64,000 nt of DNA from the human T2T-CHM13v2.0 reference genome, Homo sapiens: assembly GCF_009914755.1 (NCBI RefSeq), contig NC_060942.1, one strand, 5' to 3'. A model generated the notes under the pieces. The model saw only the letters and a program-made list of their open reading frames with translations, was not told the DNA's origin and made no database searches. A program made the translations under genes and the position numbers. Shown here piece after piece: positions 12,190 through 25,432 of the stretch; positions within the stretch are counted from its first letter, which is position 1; each line of letters begins with the position of its first letter.

Positions 12190-12500
12190 CCAGCCAAAAC
12201 TTGCCAACCCCAGCAAGGGAGCCCAGTCCACCCCACCCAGGGAAAACCCACACCCACCCGGGGAAAGCCCACGCCCACCAGGGGGACCCAACGCCCACCC
12301 CAGGAAAGGCCAAGCCCCCCCTCCCAAGGAAACACCCAGCCCAGTCAAGGGAATGCCAAACCCAGCAGAGAAAAAGTCAGGCCCAGCAAAGGAATGCGAG
12401 GGAGGAAACGCCAATCCAAGCAAGAAACACCAGGCAAAGCGACTAACGCCAAGCCAAGCTAGGAACGCAAGGCCAAGCGAGGAACGCAAAGCGAAGCGTA
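12190..12500. repeat. Degenerate ~20-bp C-rich tandem repeats upstream of the POTE ATG (5' UTR or proximal promoter)
   Basis: Units such as CCCACCCAGGGAAAA, CCCACCCGGGGAAAG and CCCACCCCAGGAAAG, grading into GCCAAGC/GGAACGCAA repeats. Confidence 0.7.
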
Positions 12501-12700
12501 CCCGTTACAGGTAAGCCAAGCCGTTATGCGCGTGCGGGGCGCGCGTGCGGGGCGCGCGTGAGGCGTGCGCGCCTCAGACGTTACGCGGCGTGCGCGTGAG
12601 GCGTGCGCGCGTCATTGCACGTGGTGCAGGAAGTGGCCGATGTGTGCAATCCGGGTGCGCAAGTCTTGGCGCCACAAATGTCAGTGACAGCCTTGCGTTA
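12440..12700 (-). promoter_or_regulatory. CpG-island promoter core of POTE
   Basis: Very dense CpG (GCGCGTGCG repeats), E-box CACGTG at 12618-12623, ETS-like CAGGAAGTG at 12627-12635; ~450-600 bp upstream of the ATG. Confidence 0.75.
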
Positions 12701-13454
12701 CTGGCAAAGTTCATGGGAGTTGGCCCAGCTTTCGGGCCACTGAGGAGAAGCCTGTGGTGGGAAAAAGCCTCTTGAAGCAGGACTGGGGCTAGAGCGCCTG
12801 GAACTCGAAGATGCTGACAGCCTCCTCTGAAGAAAGCCCCCAAGACACTAGTGGTGGTGCTGTTGCGGGTGGCCGCCGCTGCAGCTTAGAGCTCTGGTTG
12901 GCGGAGCTGGATGCAAATGGCCTCAAAATCTCCGAGCACAAGACGCCCACGGAGCCCAGGGCCTGCCTGAGGCGCCTTCCACACCTGCTCCTCCTTGGTC
13001 CGCACCCAGAACACAGGGTCATCAGCAACGGGGCACTCGGGGCCACAGAATCGGGGCTGGGCTGCTAGCTCCTGCTGTGGTGCCCCCTGCCTGGTGTCCA
13101 AACCAGGGCCAACAGCTGTGGGGCTTCTGGCCCGGGGTGCTTCGCTTCACTGGCATGCAGTAGGGTTGAGGTGCAGGCCGCTGTCTCCAGGCCTGCAAGA
13201 GGGAGCTGGGAGGAGCACCTACCACTGATGGGGAGATGCAGGAAGGCACCCCCACGTGCAGATCCTGGGAACAGGACACTGCCAGCACCAGGGAGCCAGA
13301 TCGGAGCCTCCCTGGCAGCCTGTGAGCTGGACCCAGGCAGTGGCACCTCGACCCTCCTGCTGGGACCCTCCTGCTGTGCAGGCTTATGTAGCCAGGCTCC
13401 AGGCTGCTTCACCCATACTGCAGGTGCTTTGGTGTGGGAGGAAAAATGCATTCT

Positions 13455-13757
13455 GGCCGGGCACTGTGGCTCACGCCTGTAATCCCAGCACTTTGGGAGG
13501 CTGAGGCGGGCGGATCATAAGGTCAGGAGATAAAGACCATCCTGGCTAACACGGTGAAACCTCATCTCTACTAAAAATACAAAATACTAGCGGGCATGGT
13601 GGTGGGCGCCTGTAGTCCCAGCTACTCGGGAGGCAGGAGAATGGCGTGAACCCGGGAGGCCGAGCTTGCAGTGAGCCGAGATCGCATCACTGCAACCTGG
13701 GCGACAAAGCAAGGCTCTGTCAAAAAAAGAGAGAGAGAGAGACGGAGAGAAAGAGAG
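13455..13757 (+). mobile_element. AluY with (GA)n tail
   Basis: ACCATCCTGGCTAACACGG, GAATGGCGTGAACCCGGG; TSD GAAAAATG(C/G)ATTCT at 13441-13454 and 13757-13770. Confidence 0.92.
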
Positions 13758-14777
13758 AAAAATGGATTCTAAGCCTGGGACACCGACCTGCTCTTGCCAA
13801 CAAAAGCAGAGGGGAAGCCAATTACAAGTGCAAAAAAAAAGTTTTTATTTCAGTGGGATGAATGTCTAGGTGTGCAGTCACTGGAGTAAACGTCACTGGG
13901 ACATGATGTGTAATTCTTTGTGTACATCGCTGAGTTCTGCTGCTAATGTTGTTAAGAATTGGTGTATCCATGTTCAAGAGAATTACCGGGCTATAGTTTA
14001 CTTTTTTGTACTATTTTGATATCAGAGTAATGTTAGCTTCATAAAATGAATTGGGAAAGATTCTCTATTTTCAGAAAAGATTGTGTGTATTGGTGTCAAT
14101 TCTTTAAGCAGTACATAAAATTCTTTAGTAAAACCATTTTGTCCTGGAGATTTCTCCTTCAGGAGTCTTTAAAATTAGAAATTAAATGTCCTTACATTTT
14201 AGGGCTATTAAATTACCTATTTTAGATTGGGTGAGTTTTGTGGTGGTTTCTGCTTTTCATGAAATTGGCCCATTTTCCCCAAGTTGTCAAATGTATGTGA
14301 GTGGAGTTGTTCATGACGTTCCTTTATTATCATTTTCATGTCTTCAAGGTCTGTAAGGATAGCCCATTTCATTCATGAAATTGGTAATTTATGACATCCC
14401 TTTTTTCTTTATCATTATTAGTTAAGGTTTGTCAATTTTATAGATATTTTCAAAGAACCAGCTTTATTTCTTTGCTTTTCTTTGTTGTTTTCTTTTGGCT
14501 GTTTCATTTATTTCTGCTCTTATCCCTATTATATTCTTTCTTATATTTGTTTTGATTTTATTTTGCTACTATTTTCTACTTTCTTGATGTGATAGCTTGA
14601 ATTTTTATTTGAGAGATTTCTACTTTTCTATTATATACATTTAGTGAAATACATTTTCCTCTCAGCACTGACGTCAACTGTGTTAAATCAAGTTTGATAT
14701 GTTGTATTTTTATTTTTATTCAGTTTAATATATTTAATTGTTTCCCTTGAGACATTCTCCTTAGAAGTGTGCTTGCT

Positions 14778-15247
14778 GTTTAGCACTATTCACAATAGCA
14801 AAGACATGGAATCAACCTAAATGCCCATCGGTAGGTAATACACTGGATGAAGAAAATGCAGTACCCATACAACATGGAATACTATGCAGCCATAAAAATG
14901 AAGGAGATCATGTCCATTGCAGGGACATGGATGGAACAGGAAGCCATTATCCTCAGGAAACTAATGCAGAAACAGAAAGCCAAACTTCTAATGTTCTCAC
15001 TTATAAGTAGGAGCTGAACAATGAGAACAGATGGACACAGGGAAGTAAGCAACACACACTGGGGCCTGTGGATGGGGGAGGGAGAGGAGAGCATCGGGAA
15101 AAATCTCTAATGCATGCTGGGCTTAAACCGAGGTGATGGGTTGATAGGTAGGGAAAACCACCATGGCACAAATTTACCTATGTAACAAACCTGCACATCC
15201 TTCACATCTACCCCAGAAGTTAAAATAAATAAAAATGTAAAAAAAAG
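14778..15247 (+). mobile_element. L1PA/PB 3' end fragment
   Basis: GCACTATTCACAATAGCAAAGACATGGAATCAACC...TATGTAACAAACCTGCAC...A-tail. Confidence 0.88.
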
Positions 15248-15461
15248 AACTAAAAAAGTATGCTGTTTATTTTTCAAGTATTTAAGATTCTGCTGTTATT
15301 TTACTTTTTTATTTTTAATTTGATGCCATTTTGGCTGAAGGATACATTCTACAGGATTTCAGTTTTTAAAAAATTCTTAATGTTTGTTAAAATCCAGGAT
15401 ACAGTCCATTTTGGTTTATGTTCTGTGGGTACCTAAATGTTCTGCTGTATTCTGCTGCTAG

Positions 15462-16076
<615 letters not shown>

Positions 16077-17214
16077 AGTGGTGGAGCACTTTATAAATGC
16101 CAGTAAGATCCTGTTGCTTGATGGTGTTGTTGAGTTTTTTTTTTTTTATATAACATTGATAGTATTTAGATCTAGTTTTTCTACCAATTATTGAAAGATG
16201 CTTGTTGAAGTCTCCAATTACAATTGTTGATTTGTCTATTTATTCTTGCAGTTCTATCAGATTTTGCTTCACATATTTTGTAACTCTGTTATTGGTTGCA
16301 CATACATTTAAGATTGCCAAATCTTTTTCGTGAACTGACTCTTTTTTTCTTATGTGATGCCCTTCTCTGTCTCTCCCAATTGTCTTTGCTCTGAAATTAA
16401 TTTTAGCTGGTATTGAGATAACACTCCTGCCCTCTTTTATTAATGTTTACATAACATACCATTTTTCCTCCTTTTACTTTCAACCGATCTATATTATTAT
16501 TGTGTGCTAGTGTAGACTCTCATTTCTTCATCTTATGAGTTTTAAAGAAAACTCCTAAGACTGGTTATAAATAGCAAAACAGACCAAATGGCAATAACCA
16601 CCTACCCACTAAATCTTGTCATGTGATATTCCTGTATATCATACTTGCACCTTCTCTGTTCAATCATTGTGACCCACTTCAAAGAATTTGGCAGGTTCAG
16701 CACAGTTTCTTATATACATAACTAATTGACCAACCTTTCTCAAATTTCCAGTCAAATCTTAGCTCTATTTACAAAACATATATTTTGGATAGCAAACTAA
16801 AATTTATTTTTTTACTAAATTCCATATCAATTCCTCTCTAAGAGCCACGGTAACTCTTTCTTTCCTGGTATCCAAAAGACACAACCTTGGCTGGCTCTGA
16901 TTAACATTTGCTTATACATGCTGATAGGCCCACTAAACTATGCAATTATGACAGAATAATATTAAAAAGCTTAGAATTAATCTGTTTTCAAGCCCAAGAG
17001 TATATGAAAAATATAGAACATTTACCAATTAACTTTGTATTAGGAACTTCACACATTTCTCATATTCTTATTTAATCCTTGTAATTGCACAAATGATCTT
17101 CTGTGGTAGGCATCATCATCTCTTCTTTACAACCAAAAAACTGAACTGAACATCAGGTAGCTGGAATTAAGCTGGGCTTTTACTGACACTCACCTTTGTG
17201 CCAGTCTTAGAGAG

Positions 17215-17682
17215 GTTGCACATCTGACTAAAATGTTCACACTTCTCTGAATCCGCTCCACGTGTAGTGTCTTTCTACTATGGCTTGGTGACCCAGGTTT
17301 ACTCCTGGGGCTTGCTTTGACCAGTGGAACTTTGGCAGGCATTACAAAAGCAAAGGCTTAAATGGAGTTTGCATAATTAGACTTGATTTGTGCCTCTTTC
17401 ACTACCATGAGACAAACATATCTCAGCTAGTCTCTTGTTTCCAGGAAGATGAAAGAAAGGTGGTGCAGATCCTCGTTAGATAATTTGCCCAATGCAAGCC
17501 AGTAAATAATAAAACTCCCTCCAGTCAGTAAACTGCAGAAGTGCAAGTTCAGTGAAGCCCAACTAGTTTCAACCTAGATCAATTTGGTCTTAGATGTTTC
17601 CAGATACTTGAGCTGAGAGGATAAATGATTATTTTTCTGAGTTGTGGGGTGGTTTGTTATGCTGCAGTTGATAACCAATACA
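17215..17682 (+). mobile_element. MaLR (MLT1-type) solo LTR
   Basis: CTTGCTTTGACCAGTGGAA and 3' end TTGTGGGGTGGTTTGTTATGCTGCAGTTGATAACCAATACA. Confidence 0.7.
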
Positions 17683-18097
17683 AAATTGGAAACTCTTTCC
17701 TCTGCTTTTTGCAGATGACAAAATGAAACACAGTGTCTGATTGGAGAAGCTTACAGAAGTGTTGAAGCATCTTTGTTGACCGTGCATAAGGAAAGTTCAA
17801 CATTAATGTTAAGAGGCCAGAAAGACTGGGTTTAGGTGGCTTGTTAGTTTTTCTGTCCGAAAACAGTACATGATGTTCTCTATTAATCTAGGACAAAAGA
17901 TGAGAACTGAAAGGAAAGGATAGAATACTCTCCATGATGTACTGTAGTAACACACCGGTATACTTCTCAGTATATAAATGTCAAAAAGAATTGTTCTGAC
18001 TAGCTCCTCTCTGTATGCCCTGCTGGAAGAGGTAAAATATAACATGCAAGACTCACTTTTGCAGTTAAAGTAACCAGGGAAATTTTAAACGTTCCAT

Positions 18098-18262
18098 CAT
18101 GGTTTGACAAACTATAGCCCATAAGCCAAATCTAGCCTGCTGCCACTTTTTATTAAGTTTCACTGAAGAAGACAGCCATATCTCTCATTACATATTGCCT
18201 ATTGCTGCTTTTGCTCCACATTAGCAGAGGTGAGCAGTTGAGAGCGACATTACAGCACATAA
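18098..18262 (+). mobile_element. MER58-like hAT-Charlie MITE fragment
   Basis: CAAACTATAGCCCATAAGCCAAATCTAGCCTGCTGCC...CAGCCAT...TATTGCCTATTGCTGCTTT. Confidence 0.7.
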
Positions 18263-18319
18263 AACTTGAATTACGGTGGTGGCTGCTTTCCCCCTCTCTA
18301 TTTGCTTGTCCTTTATCTG

Positions 18320-18588
<269 letters not shown>

Positions 18589-19125
18589 AGTAAACTAGTT
18601 TTCTGTAGCTTGTATACTGTCATATATTCACAAGGATTCATAAAAGAAATATTCATTCTTTTACATTGTTTCATATCTCTTAATACCTTTATTTTCTCTT
18701 TATTTTCCTTCAGATTTATGAACTAAAACGTTAATGCTTGAAGCTGAAACTTTTTCCCTCAGCTTTTGTACATGTAAATCTCTTTTTATATTGCAACTCT
18801 TCTTGCCATGTTCAACGTTATTAAAATATGTTCACATTTTTGTAGATGGATTGTTGTGCTAGTAACATTTTTGTAAACACTTTTCCTTTGACTACCTTAA
18901 TTTGCTTTCGAATTTTTTCACAATCCTTACAATATCATGAATTTTGAAAACATGGAATAAGGGCTTCTGACATTAAGAAGAATGGGTTTAACGAAATCAG
19001 CTAATTTGGTTTCTGAGTATATTTTGCCACTCTTTAGCAAAACCATCATAAAATTGTGATAGAAGATGTCTGTTAGTTGTATGGGTGGATTGTTTTAAAC
19101 ACTGGCTGGGTATGCATAAACAGTC

Positions 19126-19428
19126 ATTTTCTTTTTTTTTTTTTTTTTGAGACAGAGTCTCACTCTGTCACCCAGGCTGGAGTGCAGCGGTGTGATCTTA
19201 GCTCGCTGCAAGCTCCGCTTCCTGGGTTCATGCCATTCTCCTGCTCAGCCTCCTGAGTAGCTGGGACTACAGGCACCCACCACCACGCCTGGCTACTTTT
19301 TTGTATTTTTAGTAGAGACAGGGTTTCACCGTGTTAGCCATGATGGTCTCGATCTCCTGACCTGGTGATCTGCCCGCCTCGGCCTCCCAAAGTGCTGGGA
19401 TTACACACATGAGCCACTGCACCCAGCC
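19126..19428 (-). mobile_element. AluY
   Basis: GCAAGCTCCG, CCATTCTC, GTGTTAGCC; TSD ~AGTCATTTT. Confidence 0.92.
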
Positions 19429-19444
19429 TATATAGTCATTTTTT

Positions 19445-19650
19445 AAGATAGAATTTTAATTTTAGAATAGGTTTAGATTGCTAGAAAATTGACTATAACA
19501 CAGAGTGTTCTCCCATACCCCACACTCAGTTTCCTCTCTCAGTAACTTCTTGTACTAGTATGGTAACTTTTTTGAAACTAACAAGCCAATATTGCCACAT
19601 GATATTAAATTAAAGTCCATACATTGTTTAGATTTCCTTAATTGTTATCA
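19445..19650 (-). mobile_element. Old L1 (L1MB/MC-type) 3' end fragment
   Basis: TTTTAGAATAGGTTTAGATT...CCCATACCCCACACTCAGTTTCC...AAAGTCCATA. Confidence 0.55.
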
Positions 19651-19789
19651 AATGTTATGAAGCCATTTTGATAGGAGAAAAATTTATGGTATATATATAC
19701 AGATTGACCACCTCCAAAGAAAGAGGGGAGGTAAATAATAAGAAGGTCTGATGTTTTGCTATAATTTTTACAATCACAGTTTTAAATCA

Positions 19790-19990
19790 TGGCATTTTCC
19801 AAAATTTATTAGCTATGTAATCATAGTCAAGTTACTTTGCCTCTTTAAGCCCTACTTCCTTTATGTAAAAGTGAGCAAAACAATAGTATCTCACAGATTG
19901 GTGATGAGCATTAAATAAAATGTTGCAGATAAAGTTCTTAGTAAAGTCTGGAACATAGTTCTCAATAAATGTTGGCTATTTTTGCTATTA
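19790..19990 (+). mobile_element. MIR fragment
   Basis: TAGCTATGTAATCATAGTCAAGTTACTTTGCCTCT...GTTCTCAATAAATGTTGGCTATT. Confidence 0.6.
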
Positions 19991-21388
19991 TTACTAAATT
20001 TAAAGGCTGAAGACAAGCCGACTGATAGTATTCAGAATTACTCATAGAATGTTTATATTGGCTCAGACTGATGAGTATAACAGACCCAATATTCACATTA
20101 TCTCCAGGTACAATTTGCCCTATGAGACACCTGATATAGTAAGTAGCCCGTCAGGTATCCAGCAGTAAAAACTAAATTAGAAGAAGGAAGTCCTGTCCCA
20201 ACTGTTTTGACATATTGTGGCTGAATTTTTAGGTTTTAGTGAAAATAATAATGATGGCTTGATCTTCAAAGTTTTTTTTTTACCATTTCCCAAATAGCTG
20301 GGGATTATTGTAGTGTAACCACTTAAAACTCTGATGAAATGTGGAAATAATTTCTTTTTCTAGTTGATACTTTGTGAGTGCAACTACTTTGCATTGTGCA
20401 GAGAGAAAAATATATATTCCAGGTATTCGCCATATCAAAAGTGCACAAACAAGTCCCTAAATTTCTTCCTGTCCTCAGATTTGCACCATAAAGTTTCAGA
20501 CCAAATAAAAAATTGTTTTTTCACTAATTTTCTTTGAGGAAATGTAAGAGAAAAAAAAGAAACAAGTGTTTTGAAGGGTAGAATTTTGGCAATTATATGA
20601 GATTGTAAAATCTGAATGTGGATTAGCTTCAACCCATCAAAGATTCAAGAACAGCTACAGTTCTAAGAATGAGCCAAAAAAACCCCAAAAAAACAGGTAT
20701 GCATTGAGGGGAGGGAATTAGGAAGGGAATTTATAGCCATTCAGACATTTTTCCAGCATTAAGCCTTCACGAATTTTGCATTGGAAAGAAAAATTTATAA
20801 ATTAAGAAACTCAGTATCCAGTCCACCCTGTGATAAATGCTGCAATGTGCCCAAGCATTCCTAGTTGAGTATGGCTTTGTGCTTTGCCAATCATAACAAT
20901 GGGAGAGAGAAGTAATAAGAGCCTGCATGAAGCACTGTGCTAATGATAATGTTCCCAGTAAGAACAAAAGAGAGGCTATTACTTTTAAACATCATTGAAT
21001 ATAATCAAACACTGGGTAGGCTTGTCTGTATTTAGATTTTATAACTCTATGTTTATAGCTATAAAATAAAAAAGACATGAAATTTCTGTCGTTAAGAAAA
21101 CTATTTATTATTACAAATGTGAATTTCTCTAGACGGTAAATTCTTTGAAATTAGTTGACTTCATGTAAGTTTATTTGTTCAGTAACACAGAGTAGACTTC
21201 TTGTAAATAGGAACAAGCATGCATCTGATCAAGATCCACTATTTTCTTATATATATATCCCTTTTCTGCCCTCCCTCAGAATACTATCTTTCACAAAACA
21301 ACACACATCTCTTCCACCAACTTCTCCCCAGAATATTGCATATTCGATCAGTGTCCACAAATGTTAGATACAGAATGTTAAATTACTA

Positions 21389-21453
21389 TTAGGTTGGTGC
21401 AAATGTAGTTGTGATTAATGGCAAAAATCTCAATTATTTTTGCACCAACCTAA
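21389..21453. mobile_element. MADE1 (Hsmar1-derived MITE), internally deleted
   Basis: TTAGGTTGGTGCAAA...TTTGCACCAACCTAA terminal inverted repeats with flanking TA. Confidence 0.9.
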
Positions 21454-23574
21454 TAGTAACATTGAAAAACAGTATTAGTTATTCAACATCAAAAAGATCT
21501 TCCGGAACAGTCATCACCACAGATGGGCCAAACTATTATTTGTAGGGCATTGCAGTAAGTTAGAATTTTATCAAATTCATAAATTAATGGATATTTTGTT
21601 AAGGGATGTGAACAGCCTGTAGTATAAATTTGAGCTATACATTGTTGGGAGAACAAAATAATAAAACAATATAATAGTAGCAATCACGTGGTGACCTTTC
21701 CATCACACTTACAATTTTCAATGCACTTGTCTATTTATCATTTCATGCGTGGATGGGTTAGCTGAGTGGCGGGGCCATCAGATGTCATATATACAGATGA
21801 CTCCCTTCTATACACCCTTCTGCAATTAGTTGATGTATATTTTACTTTTGCTTTTCCCTTCCCATTTCACTACTAGTTAAAAATCCTAATCTTGAGTCCT
21901 AAATCACACCTAGTTTTACTCATGTGTAGTTGTACCTGACAAAGAATTACACTACATAAATTCCATCCATTAGAGGTGTGGCCAAATGGACAGAAAACCA
22001 TTAACATTGATTACTTCAGTGCATGTGGGATTGCAAATGCAGATGAGAAGGAGAAGATTTTTATTTTTTCTTTATATAAGTTTACCTTATTTATTCTAAT
22101 AGAAGGCTCAAGTATAATTTATAGTGAAACATTAAAACTTTCTTAAAAGTTCATGTCCTTAATGTTCTGTAAAGGGAGCATAAACTCATTTATTGCAACA
22201 AATGCAACAATTTATTTCATTCCTCAGATTACTGATCCTAATATAAATAAAACTGTTCTGAACTTGCACAGAGATATTTAAACAAACAAACAAAAACTAG
22301 AGAAGAAGTGAAAAAAAAGAATGCTTTTTAAATTACTTAATCATTGTTGATGGACTGAAAACATCCAACTTACATCTCCTGAATTAAATCTGATATTTTC
22401 CTGGAGAGTAGTGAGGAGTAGTTGAGGGTAGATAGAAAACAGAGTGTATTTTGAAAAATGTAAAATTTAGAGAAGCTTAATTTAAACACTCCCTGTGTGT
22501 CAAAGAGCTATTAAATAAAATTTTCATGATTTTAATGTAAGTCAATCTGAACTAGCATATGGTCTAAATTTCTCTTAGGTTGCACATGGATTTAAAATGT
22601 AGGGGGAAAAGATCACTTGGCAAATATGCTTTTGGTTTTGAAAAACTTCCAAATGTTTAAAAAGTACTTTTCAAATCAACCATAGCCATATGCATCCAGG
22701 TTTTCTCATTCTCACCACTGAAGGATAAAAAGAACTAGAATTAAGGCAAAATGGATGGAGAGGTCATACATATGCTGTAAAACTAAAATCAGTTGATTCT
22801 TTAGGGAATTGGTTAAAAAAATAAATTTAGTCCTTATGGCAATTTAACCCAAAGAATCTAACACTTATTCTTAGTGACTTAGGATCATGGATGATATTAA
22901 TCTGTCACAAAATGATTCTATGACTATTTCCAGAAGTGGAAAAGTGCAGAAATAGAAAATGCACATGATATTGCTATTTTATTTTGTTCCAAGTCTTGTT
23001 ACTATTGGTGGAAAACAGTGTTCCAAAGGAATGAATATTTAGATAAATTATGGCATGAAGAATCATTTTCAATCCTTTATGCATAGATACATTGATAATA
23101 ACTGAACATCTTTGGCATCTGGCTTCCAGATACAGTGACGATTCCCTCACGATATCTAGAAATTAAATAGATGTGCATGAACACTTTAAAAAATGTAAAA
23201 ACATTAAATGTCAGCTATTTTGAAATAAGTTATTTTTTTAAATAAGAAGCATTGTTAATTAAAAATTAGAAAATAGAGAGCTATATTTGGACAATTAGTT
23301 ACTCAATGTTTTTTCCAAATAACAGATGAAATATATTTAGACGTTTTTTGTTTTAAATAAATGCAAATATATAGATGTAAAACAAATCAGACATTGCTAC
23401 AAATGAAATATGTGTGCTGTCTGTAATTCTCAAACATTGAATAATATTCAGTGAACTTCAACACATGCCTCTGGTGGCCCGTTAAAATTCATTGTAATGA
23501 ATTTTGAATTAGACTCCAAAATGAACACACTATTTTCTTAGCTTTTAGTGTCTGTTGGTTTTTTTCTATTTTCA

Positions 23575-23876
23575 TTTTTTTTTTTTTTTGACTGAGGTGG
23601 AGTCTCACTCTGTCACCCAGGCTGGAGTGCAGTAGCGCAACCTCGGCTTACTGCAAGCACCGCCTCCCAGGTTCAAGCGATTCTCTTACCTCAGCTTCTC
23701 AAGTAGCTGAGGTTACAGGTGCGTGCCACCACGCCCAGCTAATTTTTGTATTTTTGGTAGAGATGAGGTTTCACCATGCTGGCCAGGCTGGTCTCGAACT
23801 CCCGACCTCAGGTGATCCACCCACCTTGGCCTCCCAGAGTGCTGGGATTACAGGCGTGAGCTACTGCACCTGGCTG
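23575..23876 (-). mobile_element. AluSx
   Basis: Full dimer, GACCTCAGGTGATCC; TSD TTTTTTCTATTTTCA. Confidence 0.92.
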
Positions 23877-24052
23877 GTTTTTTTTTTTTTCTATTTTCAT
23901 TACTAAGACTAAACAATAGTTATGTGACTGAATACAGCTGATCATTTTACCAACTCCTTTCAGCAAATTCATTTTGTCATTTTAATTAAGTACAAATTTA
24001 AGAAGTGAATAAATATAGATACTATAGCACATATATTTCCCAAAACATAATA

Positions 24053-24084
24053 TGTGTGTGTGTGTGTGTGTGTGTGTCTGTGTG
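24053..24084. repeat. (TG)n microsatellite
   Basis: Direct reading; one TC interruption. Confidence 0.9.
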
Positions 24085-25248
24085 CATTTGGGAAATAAAA
24101 GAGTATTATATTTTACTCAAACAACATCAAACATGCGGTCAGGTAAGTTTGATGAAGAAGGTAATATTTCAGCCTAAGAATGAAAATTCTGTAAGACAAT
24201 GTGTTACTTTATAGTATCAGTTATGTGACCCTTCCACATTGATATTTTGGGTGCAATTAAACCCTCTTTGCCATATACCCTTGGGAGAATAGAAGGTTCT
24301 TCACGTTTTTCCATTCATTATAACTTCTGTAGGATGGCCCACAAATACATTTCCTGGACTATATTAAGGAAACAAAAGCAAACAAATATGAGAAAATAAT
24401 AAAGGTAAGTGTCTGGGAGGGTGGGAAATCAAATTCAGTGGGGTTTAAACTATATCTCATACAAGTGCCCCAAAGTTGTGCTTTTAGAGAAATTCACCTT
24501 GGAAAGAGACATGGTCAAGTGATATATTCCCTTTACCTTTTTTAAAAAACAATACATAGCTGTATCCTTGGAAGAGAGGCAAGGAGTGCTGTAGGGTGAC
24601 TATCTTTGATTTCTGTTGTGCTTCAGAGGAAGTGTAACTTTCTTAAAAGATACCTTGACTTTTGTCATATTTAGCTATTCGTTCCTTTTTATTTAGGAAA
24701 AAAAGTCTGAGCCTGCTGTGGCTTGGGCTCTTATTATCTTTTCTTGGACTTCTTGGATCTCATAAATGATAACTCTACTTTTATTGTTGCCTTCTCCAAA
24801 GGAACCTGAATACCAGCGTCACCTTCATTTACCCTAAAGCATGATTCTCTGCCTAAGAAAACCCCTATAGCTGACATTTACATTTACTTTATACCTCTCT
24901 TAATCTTTTGAGGAATGCCTCTCTACCTATTCTGCATAGTAAAGTTCTAATTAATTACAACTATGAAACAGATATTTCCTTTTCTTATGTTTTATATATT
25001 GAATTACTTTATTATTGCCAAGCACAATCTGCTTTGCTAAATTATTCAATATAAGCTTGCCTCTTCCATTAGACTTTGGAATTCCTGAGATAAGAAATTA
25101 CGTTTTATTCTGAAAGTGTGCTTAAATCAATGGAAAGATGGTTTGTCCAAACAGGATATAGAGGAATAGAGTTATTCTGTACACAGCCACCTTTAGTTGC
25201 AAGAGCGGCTAGAAATAGGAGTTATGCTACCTTTTTAAAGACGTCCTC

Positions 25249-25432
25249 AGCCAGGTGCAGTGGCTAGTGCCTGTAATCCCAGCAATTTGGGAGGCTGAGG
25301 CAGGCGGATCAGGAGGTCAGGAGATCGAGACCATCCTGGCTAGCACGGTGAAACCCAACTCTACTAAAAATAAAAATAAAAATAAAAATAAAATAAAATA
25401 AAATAAATTAGCTGGGTGTGGTGGTGAACGCC
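25249..25432 (+). mobile_element. AluY left arm with expanded (TAAAA)n linker, cut off at the start of the right arm
   Basis: GAGATCGAGACCATCCTGGCTA; ends at GTGGTGAACGCC with no tail or TSD. Confidence 0.85.

Noticed and set aside
12141-13504. Cluster of overlapping 60-130-aa ORFs on both strands
   Set aside because: Expected from stop-codon scarcity in GC-rich DNA; no recognisable protein, so not called as CDS.
13871-13885. 15-bp match TGTGCAGTCACTGGA to the start of the U6 chimera partner (reverse complement of 585-599)
   Set aside because: Does not extend in either direction; a few 15-mer matches are expected by chance in 64 kb on two strands.
21490-21560. Possible small exon ending in CA|GTAAGT
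   Set aside because: No pyrimidine-rich acceptor and no recognisable peptide; consistent with chance.
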